A stretch of 63,098 nt of DNA, the filler included, from Conidiobolus incongruus B7586 (taxonomy: Eukaryota), in the NCBI GenBank assembly GCA_000697335.1. It is 12 parts of 12 records of this genome, joined end to end, with 100 filler letters (N's around TTAATTAATTAA, not from the genome) between each part and the next. Parts side by side here need not be neighbours in the genome. Positions count along the whole stretch, not along the records: positions 47,199 to 60,278 come from JNEM01007392.1; positions 60,379 to 61,756 come from JNEM01007393.1; positions 61,857 to 63,098 come from JNEM01007394.1; 9 more parts are not named here. One strand, 5' to 3'. The translations under genes and the position numbers were made by a program. The notes under the pieces are model-generated. The model worked only from the letters and a program-made list of their open reading frames with translations. It had not been told where the DNA came from and ran no database searches. Shown in pieces: positions 53,252 through 63,098 of this stretch; within the stretch, counting starts at the first letter, position 1, and each line of letters opens with the position of its first letter.

Positions 53252-54513
53252 GGTAATATTTGTTGAATTTATATTATATTTTATAATGATGAAATCACCA
53301 TTTGATCATCCTTGTACTTTAAATTGAATTTTACATTCAATTGATGAAGAGACTCTAGGGTTTTGTGCATATTTCTGATAATTTCCATTAATATTTTAAT
53401 CTTTTTTAATTTCAATTTACTAATTTATGATATAATCATTTAGGTATTACTTTTGTATAATATAATTCCATTTATTAAAGTACATATGAGTTAATTTGAA
53501 TTTTTTAATATATTTTTATTATACTATTAACCGCTCAAATAATATGCATCATACTAGTTTTGAAAGTAATTTCTGCATATTGTTTAATTATAAACAATTA
53601 TGTATTATTTATTTAATAACTTTTCTTTCGTGATTTATGCTATTGCATATTTCTGAATTCTAGTATTAGCTAAAATCCTCTTTTTTATATTGGATAATTA
53701 TACCACATATTTTAGATAAGCTTTTTGAATATTTGATCACTTCTATCATATTGAATTTAGATTGTTGTGATGATGAATAATGTCCAGTATTCCATTTTGT
53801 CATCTAATTAATTCGTACTAGATGAGTGGTCAATCAACATTCTAAAATATATTAACCTGATAATCTTAACACAATTAAACGAAGAATGTATAATCAATTT
53901 TCACATATCTTTTGATGTTGGACTAAAACATTATTTAATTTTACTTTGCATATAATTTATATTTAAATGATTCGAATTTTATATTTCATATATTAATCAT
54001 AGTTAAAAAGATATTATGAATAGATTATATTTTTTGGATATTTCGCCATACCTCATAATTCCAAAGAGCCTATTCAATAAAATAAGAAATCTAAACATAA
54101 AGCATATTATCATAAAAAACAATATTATAATTTAGAATTTTAGTTAGAGTAGGTAATTACTATTACTCATTGAATTTTATTTACAGCATTTTAGGTTTTT
54201 CAAAATTATTTAATTATGTAGATTAAGGATATTTAAATTATACTATTACATAAAATATTATTATTATTTTATTGGCAAAATTTTTAATAAAAGAATAAGA
54301 ATTTAGTATATATGAATTTCGAAATTTGAGTTTAATTTCTAATCAAAAAATACAGAATTATTGTTTATTATATATATATATATATGCGTGTGTGTATGAT
54401 TTATGAAAATCTTCAATCTCTAATTTCAATTAATTTTTTACATCATTTATATAATTTTCTGAATGAAATTTTAGATAGCTAATTAGTAAAATAATGTGAC
54501 TATGTAAATTTAG

Positions 54514-54514
<1 letters not shown>

Positions 54515-54548
<34 letters not shown>
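54515..54548. repeat. (ATT)n microsatellite
   Basis: Direct reading of the sequence. Confidence 0.9.
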
Positions 54549-54550
<2 letters not shown>

Positions 54551-54718
54551 GGTAATTGGGTTAACTATGTTATTAAAATTCAATTAATATAATATTTGAA
54601 ACAGATAAATAAGCATTATCAATTAATCCACAATATTAATAATGGTAAATATAAATAATTTATTTAATTATATATTTTATCGAAATAAAACAAATATAAG
54701 GGCTTCAGTATAGATCAC

Positions 54719-55626
54719 TCATTGTTCATATATATCAATAACAGATAATATCCACTTTCTAAAATAACTAACTCTCGCAAAAACCTAAATTCCAATATTA
54801 ATTAAATTTGAATTCTGAGATAATTAAACAATTTACTCCTGGTGAGTTAGGAGCTGCACATTCGCCGCCATTGGTTACAATTCCTATTAACACAGGTCTG
54901 TCATAGATATATGTGAATAATGGACCGCCACTATCTCCCCCACATGCGTCTTTGCCTCCTTGTACATATCCAGCACAAATTTGAATTTCTGGTTTAACGG
55001 TATATGTATTTAAATGATTTTCATAATCTTCAATACATTGAATATCACTATAAATTGGAAGAGATACTTCTTGCAAGATAGGATTATTTGAACCAAATTG
55101 GGTGGTTTTACCCCACCCTAACGCTGTTGTTCTCATTCCTACTTTGTGTTCCAATTGATCATCTAGTTGAACATTGGTGCGAGCATTACTCGTGTTATTC
55201 AAAATAAACATAGCCACTATTTAAACCTTCTTAAATATTATAATTATCTAAGCTACAGCAAAACTTACCATCATTATAATAAGTACCATCTTCATAACCT
55301 GGATGAATAACTCTGTTAATGACTGAGAATACTTTAGCGTCTTCGTCTTTCGGATCCTTGTCCAAATCATGACGATGAAGATGCACTTGAAAAGTCTTCA
55401 AAGGAGCATCAATACCCCCTACGCAATGAGCAGCGGTCAATACAATTTTTTCTGATATTAGAATACCACCACACCAATGTTTTTTATATCTCATTATGGC
55501 AACAATCCAGGGATATTTGAATGGAGGCTCAACTGAACAACTTTTAATGATTTTACTTTCACTTACAAAGTCTACATTTAATTGGGAAAGATTTTTCAAG
55601 AAGCCTATATAATATAATAACTTCAT
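54719..55626 (-). CDS. trypsin-like serine protease (S1A); exons 55626-55269, 55216-54837, 54784-54719
   Basis: CGG, LTAAHC, ND|VA, GWG, KDACGGDSGGP and PG|VFARVS..WI. Catalytic triad intact, with Asp in the S1 pocket. Confidence 0.9.
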
Positions 55627-57773
55627 TGATTCACTAAGTTACTGGTTATAATAGTATATTTCTTTAAGATTATCAGTGATATGTATCTAATTAGATAATG
55701 TTATTTTTGATTAATTTTATTAAAAACTGAAAAATAATATTCATTGTTTAATATAAATTTCAGGCATATACCTCATTGATTGAATACAAAATATTTTTTT
55801 TAAAATGATACAATAATTTATTAGAAAGTGAATATTGGAACAACAGTGATATTTATTCTATTAAGGATAGTATATTGAGATTTTGAAACTATTTTAGAAA
55901 ATTTCCACGGTTTTAAGATTTATGAAACAATATAATTAAATTTAATTTGATTGATTGCCAATTGGAAGGTTGAATAATGTTTACAAATTATATAGGAAAA
56001 TTTTTCACGAGTTTATATGGGAATCAATTAATCAAGTATTAATCATAAATATTATTTTTGATATGAATATTGAAGTTATCAATTAATATTCTTGTTTTCA
56101 TTTAATAATATTAGATATAAAATCCAGATTAATATTTATTTTAAATCTTTCAAATACTATATACCTGATAAACGTTAAGTTTGATATCGGGTCGTTTTGA
56201 TGGTTAATTTCCTTTTTAAATACGAGATAATTTTTATGTCTGATGAGCATTACAATTGCTTTGAAAATTTGTTATGTCTTGATTGAACTTAAATCGATAA
56301 ACACTGTAATAAATAATCACACAATAATATATTATTACAGTTACATGTAATTTACTAATTCTTTATTTATGTATAATGTAATTAAAAATATAATTTCAGA
56401 TATTATTTTTCATTTTGAAGACTTGATTGGTATTTTGATGAAATTTTCATCAATGTAATATACAACCTCTCATATCATCCATGAATATCGCATAATCGTT
56501 GAAATTTTATTATATAAATACTCTGTATTATTTTATTTTTGATATACATATTATGTACTGTAAAATGTTAGGTGTGATACACTTTTTTAAAAGATATAAA
56601 TTTTTTAGTTAGTATTGGTGATTAATATTAAAATTGATAAATGACATAATATAATTTAGGCTATATAATAATTAAATATATTAAATTACTAAAATCAAAA
56701 ATGGATATTTTTACTTGGTATTAATAACTTATATGTTCAAAAATTATGATCAGAGCATGCATTGAATCATTAAATTGACTTTACATTTCAATTCAAATTT
56801 TTCATTAAAGGAAATAAAATTGAGAAATAATAGAATATTTAGATATTCGTTTTATTTCAGGAGAATCAATTCATATTCTATATATTATTTGAAAACACTA
56901 TTATAAATTTATATTTTTAATGCTAATTAAATCAATTGATAGTCGATATTTCCAAATTAACAGTCACACATTTTGTTAGGGATTTGATTGAGATCAGATT
57001 TATTGCAAAAATCTTCTCATTGGGACTATTCAAATCATGTAAACTAAGGTGAAAATATTGCATTTACTATAATTCAATCTTAGTGAAGATGTAATAAAAG
57101 TTTTTATCTCAAATGTTAATGCAACTAGAATTGAAGCTTTTAAATTCACTTTATTTGAATAGTTTAATTGAAGTTTATCTGATTTGTTGTGGAGATATAC
57201 AAATCTTTTGTTTCTGAAAAGAAATTCCATTTGAAAACTTCAAATAAGAGTCATTTAAGCATGCATTAAATTAACTATTAGATCAAGGATTCATATTCCA
57301 AAAATGGATAATCTATTGCTTATATCTCTTAGATCATTTGAGGTTACTAAAAAAATTTTAATATTAAACTTGATTATCTAAATAACAAAATCTTAATACT
57401 GAAAATTTTGGATTATAATCTAACAAATTTATAAGCAAAATCAAAATTTTGCACTCTCCGAATTTGTGAATGTTAACATCTATGAGAAAAAGTATTAAAA
57501 TAATATTTTGTAATATCGACTTACATTGGATAGAATGGAAAGATTAATACGACCAGTTAAGCACGAGATTTTATAATGAATAGACTAACAGATAATATAT
57601 CGTTAACTAATTTTTGATACCTGGAATATTAGTAATATTGTAAACAATACACAATTCATATGATCAAAAAATATTGCTGTAATGTATACTAAATAAAATC
57701 ATTATTTATTGAAGTGTAAAGCTCAATGCAAATGGTAATGAATACAATTAATAATTGGCAATGAAAATAAATG

Positions 57774-58832
57774 TTAAATATCAGTTCTTCTAGATTTTCT
57801 TTGGAGTGATCCATCTTCATGATTAAAACTATTATAAGATTCTTCGGTGTTTAAATAAAAGGTAGGCTCATCAAGTTCAAAGAAATCACATTCTTTTAAG
57901 TAACTGACAAAGTTGGAATAGCGTTTAAAAGCATATCTCACTTGAACAAAGTCCCATACATCTTTTAACAAATATCTCCCGTCATTTTTATCCAAATACT
58001 TTAAACAATTTAATAGCATCTGGTGGGCCTCTTCAATCGAGTGTTCAGTTGCATAATAAGGAAAGTCAATGCAAGTTTGTTGACTGTAGCTACCAATGCA
58101 AGGAGTTGGATATTCACCAATAAAATTCTGATTCAAATGAAATACTGCAATTTGAGTGCAATAGCCTAAATTCAAAATTTGGCTGTCTTGATTACTACCT
58201 ACACCATCTAATTGATAAGTATAACCATAAGTTTGAGCGATGTCTTCACACCATTGCTGAAACTCTACTCTAGTCCATTCAAACTTATGATCAGCATCCC
58301 GATATTTCTGGCCAGAATAGCCATAATTTAATTCTGGAAAGAGAACATTGAATTCAGCATTTGGAGTGGAAACGATCACATGGTTCGGACGATAACCTCC
58401 AAAGATGACCTTAGGGGCTTCTTGCAATTCATTTGGCTGCAAATGTTCAACAACTTCAGAAAATATAATGGTATCCACTTTAGGTAAAGACGGATCATAG
58501 AGAGAAACATTGCCCAAATAAAGCTGGACATTCAAAGGCCTTTCCCTGAGTTGATGTTCATCCATTGAATTTGGCTTGCATCGATTGAAGCATTCTGCCA
58601 AGTGCTCTAAACTTGAATCAATACCAATTAATTGGGTACACTCCACCTCATCATTACAAGGAATTAAAAAATTCATTATATTTCCTTGACCGCATCCCAG
58701 ATCCATAATCAACTTACTATTAAATTCTTGTAAATATTTATAAATTTTGGCTCTTCTCTGTCTCCATAAAGGCGGTTGGAAGTAACCTACTTTTTCCTCG
58801 TTTTGAAAAGTGTTCGGAATAATAGGACCCAT
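57774..58832 (-). CDS. HEN1: small RNA 2'-O-methyltransferase HEN1
   Basis: FQPPLWRQR (FxPP), DLGCGQG, EVVEHL, STPNAEFN and RDADHKFEWTRVEF are the Hen1 methyltransferase motifs. Confidence 0.92.
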   Translation of the reverse strand: MGPIIPNTFQNEEKVGYFQPPLWRQRRAKIYKYLQEFNSKLIMDLGCGQGNIMNFLIPCNDEVECTQLIGIDSSLEHLAECFNRCKPNSMDEHQLRERPLNVQLYLGNVSLYDPSLPKVDTIIFSEVVEHLQPNELQEAPKVIFGGYRPNHVIVSTPNAEFNVLFPELNYGYSGQKYRDADHKFEWTRVEFQQWCEDIAQTYGYTYQLDGVGSNQDSQILNLGYCTQIAVFHLNQNFIGEYPTPCIGSYSQQTCIDFPYYATEHSIEEAHQMLLNCLKYLDKNDGRYLLKDVWDFVQVRYAFKRYSNFVSYLKECDFFELDEPTFYLNTEESYNSFNHEDGSLQRKSRRTDI

Positions 58833-59401
58833 GAAAGTATTAATGGATTTTAATATGAATTAAAATAATAATTTATTAGACTTTCACGGTATTATTTATT
58901 ATTTACAAATAATCAAACTATTATTTTTATAATACATTCAATATTTATTTTATTTATGGGAAGTGATAAAGTTTGATGAAATAATTTAGCACTTAATATT
59001 AATACAATTTTCCTCTTAGTGGTTTATTTTTAAAATTATAGAACTCATAAAATTAATAGATATATCATCAATTCTCCAAGTTCATGAGAAATCAAAATAA
59101 TCATGTATCAAATACTTGGATTAGTATATTATATAAATCAATATACAAAGTTATTATTTAGTCTCACTTTTTAGGTATTGAATTTTGAATGTGATGAAAA
59201 TTATGACATCAAATTATAATTCAATTTTTAATAAATTTAATTGACTATTACAAATGAATTATTTGGTTTATTTAATAACATATATTTTATTTAATTAGTA
59301 TCATAAATGAAATTATGTATAATTGTATATTGATATAATAATATAAATTATTTGTGTATTATTATATTTACAGTATTAATCTTTGATTAATATTATTACT
59401 A

Positions 59402-60278
59402 CACTAACCTACAAAAGTAAGTTATAAAATTAAAAACACTTATATTTTTACTAATAACTTAATTAATATTTAATAAAATAAACTTAAATTAAATAATTAA
59501 AGTCTATTATATTTATTAATAATATATACTATTAAATGATGATATTTAATTATTAATTGGTTAAAATATAAATCTTTAAATTTTACTTAAAGTGAGTTAT
59601 AAATTTATAAGTTTTTAGTGATAAAAAAAATTAAAACTTGATATATTTATCTTTAACTTTTTTAACTTCTTTAAGTTTATAAGGTATAGAATCAATTAAC
59701 TTTTTATATTAAGAAAAGTTAATATTATTTTATATTTCTTAAACATATTTTTAAAGTTGATTTAAATTTTTTATTAGGGAAAAAACTTTAATAGCTTTTT
59801 TTAATTAATTTTAAAGATGTTTAATTAAGTTAAAATTAAAAAATTAAAAAAATTACTTTATAATTATTATTTTGTTATTTTTAAGATATTTAATAATAAA
59901 AGTTATAATATAATAAAAGGTATTGTCTTATTAAAAAATAATATTAGATCTATTTAACTTAAATTATTTAATAGTTTTTTAATTTATTATTTAGAATATT
60001 TTAATATATTTTAATATTAATTCCCTTATTAATTTTATAAAGATATATTATATTTAAAGATAATATATATTTTTAAATAATAATTAACCTACTATTATAC
60101 TTTTAAGTAAAATTAATATAATAATTATAAAGTAATTTTATATTTTTTTTAAAATATTTAACTTTTTTATTAAATTTATTAAAATATATTTTTGTTTTAT
60201 TAAATTAAATAACTTTACTCTAATTAATTTCAATTTAATATTAATAATAATATTTAAATTTTTATTTAAGTTTATAGT
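59402..60278 (-). mobile_element. Tc1-like transposon, 3' part with terminus, hypermutated
   Basis: TA + CACTAACCTACAAAAGTAAG terminus. Minus-strand relics IF**DNTF and NFNLIKHL (DLNPIEHL). Colinear with 22050-22147 + 27852-28490. Confidence 0.8.
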
Positions 60279-60378
60279 NNNNNNNNNNNNNNNNNNNNNN
60301 NNNNNNNNNNNNNNNNNNNNNNTTAATTAATTAANNNNNNNNNNNNNNNNNNNNNNNNNNNNNNNNNNNNNNNNNNNN

Positions 60379-61561
60379 TGTAGAACATGGTAATATAATG
60401 TGGCTGTAGTGTGCAAGTGTAAACAAAGTTTAATTAAGCTTCAAACTAGGATGAGTCACTAATATATTAAGATTTATATTAGGTAGTGCCAATATCCTAT
60501 AATATTGACAGAATATAGTCTCAATCTTAGAAATAGTGTAAAAGTAAAAATAGTAAGAATTGAGAGGAAAAAGAGGAACCTAGTTTATTCAATAATTTAA
60601 TACTATTTATACAATTAATTTAACTACATAAGTATAAATTAATCATATAATTTATAGTTAATTGGATTATATAAAAGTGTATATAAGAATTTAGAGAACT
60701 AGTCTCTTAACAGGATCTTTATTAAAAATCAAATCAAGGTAGTTCTTCATGTTTTTAAGGTAGTTTTCAAGCTTGTAAAGGTTTTTTAAGCTATCATAAG
60801 TAGCTAATTTGTTTTTAAAGATACTAAAGAGGTAGTTTAATGTATTAATTGTAGTAAAGTAGCTGGTTTGTTGGATTTAAGCTCTTTAAGACATGTTTTT
60901 TTCAATCAAAAGTTGTTTAATATAAGTTTCTTAGAGGGTAGTAAGCTTTTAAAAACTAAAGTCTTAGATTTACTTAGTAATTAAGCTGCTATCATCATTA
61001 AAATAATATAAGGGTATCTTTTTTTTTAGTGGTATTATAGTATATAGTATTAAATTTAAATGAAATAAATTATAGATAAGATTTAAAATAATAATAATTA
61101 GGTTTGATACAAATAGTTATTAATTTCTAATAGGTTTTTAACAGTTTTGTTACTACTACCATATAAATATAGTGGTAGTTAAACTAATATAGTGTAGAAG
61201 AAGACTTAATATAAAAGTAGTGTAATGTAGAATATGGTAATATAACATAGTTGTAGTGTGCAAGTATAAACAAAGTTTAATTAAGCTTCAAACCAGGATG
61301 AGTGACTGATATATTAAGATTTATATTAGGTAGTGCCAATATCCTACAATATCAACAGAATATAGTTTCAATCTTAGAAATAGTATAAAAGTAAAAAATA
61401 GTAAGAATTGAGAGGAAAAAAGAGGAACCTAGTTTATTAGATAATTTAATACTATTTATACAATTAATTTAACTATATAAGTATAAATTAATTATATAAT
61501 TTATAGTTAATTGGATTATATGAAAGTATATATAAGAATTTAGAGAACTAGTCTCTTAACA
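60379..61561 (-). mobile_element. Gypsy family copies: LTR 61162-61561 + PBS + gag start (60713-61161), followed by a second LTR 60379-60712 (gap-truncated)
   Basis: The reverse complement matches the 22148/27457 LTRs, with intact TGTTAAGAGAC starts. PBS TGGTAGT. The internal part matches 22546-22995. Confidence 0.88.
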
Positions 61562-61856
61562 AAATATCTCTATTATAATTAGTTTTAATTTAATTTAATA
61601 ATAATATTTAAACTTTTATTTAACCTTAAAATATATTTTCTTTATTTAAAGGAACTTATTTAAAATATATATAATATTTAAAATATTAATTGATAAATTT
61701 ATATAATTTTATAATTCTTTTTATATTATTATAATAATATTATATTTATCTATATTNNNNNNNNNNNNNNNNNNNNNNNNNNNNNNNNNNNNNNNNNNNN
61801 TTAATTAATTAANNNNNNNNNNNNNNNNNNNNNNNNNNNNNNNNNNNNNNNNNNNN

Positions 61857-63060
61857 TATTTAATATATATATATATAATAATTTTTTTGATTAAAAAATT
61901 AACTTTTTAAAATTGGTTATTTAATTTAATTATATTTAAACCAAATAATGATCATCAAAAGTCTTTTATTTTATTATCAGTAAAATTAACCATAAGACTT
62001 TTAAAATTATTCATAATTTCAAATAACTTTTGGTAATCAAGAATTATCTAAATTAAAAATTTATTATTAGGTAAATTATTTTAAGGATATGAAAAAAACT
62101 ATCCAAAACTTGCCAAAATCTAAAAAACCAACTTTAACTATTACTTTTTCAATTGTTAATAGAGTGAAAAAATATATTGAAAAGCATCTTTTTATTTCAG
62201 CTAAAGAATTATCTAAGCACTTGAATATTAGTTTTATAAATATTATATATATATATATATTAAAGTTTAAACTCAAATAAATAAATAAAAATATAAAATA
62301 GGTACCTTTTAATTTAACTAAAGCTTAGAAAAAAGCTAAAATAATAATTGTTAAATAAAACTAACTAAAAAATTACTAGAAGCCTAAACTTTTATAGTGA
62401 ATAATTACAATTGATGAATCTTAGATCTTTATATATAATCCTTTACCAAAACATAAATCAAGATGCTGGATTAAGCTAAATTAACCCCCTTTACAAATAT
62501 TTTTAAATAAATATTTTTTTAATAAATTAATGTTAATCATTATAATAGATTATAATGTTATATACTATTCTTATTTAATTCTTAAAAAAATCATTAAATA
62601 ATAAACTTTTTATTACTTTTTTAAATAAAAGTATTTTGAATTAGTATTTTTAATATAATTTAAGAAGATTTAGTATTTTATATAATAATTAGAAAATATA
62701 TAAATCTAAAGCTATAAAAAACTTTCTAATTAAAAATAACTAGAAAAAACTACTATAACTAGTATATTTCCTAGATTATAACATATGGATTATAATGCTT
62801 GAGATAATTAAAAAACCAGCTTACAAGAAAGAAAATTTCTGCAAAAAAATTTAATTGGTTTGTAAAATATCAAATTTCAGTCTTTAATAAAAAGAATTGT
62901 TTTTTAGGTATTAGATTTTTGCCAAAAGTATAGCATAAGGTTATTAATAATAAAGAAAACTATTAAATTTATAATATATATTTATTTTTATATATTATAT
63001 ATTAAAATATTTATTTATTTTTAACTGCACAAAATTCCCATTATTAAAAATACAGAGTAA
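61857..63060 (+). mobile_element. mariner-like family A copy, left end lost in gap
   Basis: TIDES*I motif. Right TIR TTCCCATTATTAAAAATACAGAGTAA + TA. Colinear with 34950-36162. Confidence 0.88.
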
Positions 63061-63098
63061 TAATATTTATTATTAAATTCAACCTTATGAAAAGATGG

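Noticed and set aside
1299..61856. Recurrent TTAATTAATTAA palindrome as a biological repeat or CRISPR-like array
   Set aside because: It is always centred in a fixed 100-nt N block, so it is an assembly linker.

Overview
This is eukaryotic, very AT-rich genomic DNA with short (~50 nt) GT-AG introns. The gene set and style suggest an early-diverging fungus such as a Conidiobolus-like entomophthoralean (inference). The scaffold has 11 artificial 100-nt gaps (N44-TTAATTAATTAA-N44). Gene islands encode an RVxF-ankyrin PP1-regulator-like protein, a 10-finger TFIIIA-like protein, TAO3/Mor2/Furry, two intact Mut-7/Nibbler(EXD3)-like 3'-5' exonucleases plus a third pseudogenised copy, a membrane-anchored glutaredoxin and its decayed paralog, an elongated divergent RPB8, a Gemin8-like protein, a trypsin-like protease and HEN1. 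Between them lie about 10 mariner (DD34D) copies or fragments, Tc1-like elements and Ty3/Gypsy chromovirus copies, several of them nested. All of these elements are destroyed by C:G>T:A transitions, mostly at CpA/TpG and CpG, which is a RIP-like signature. The two main leads are (1) RIP-like repeat hypermutation in an apparently non-Dikarya fungus and (2) an expanded Nibbler/Mut-7 locus about 20 kb from HEN1, the small-RNA trim-and-methylate pair known from animals. All alignments and exon calls were done by eye.
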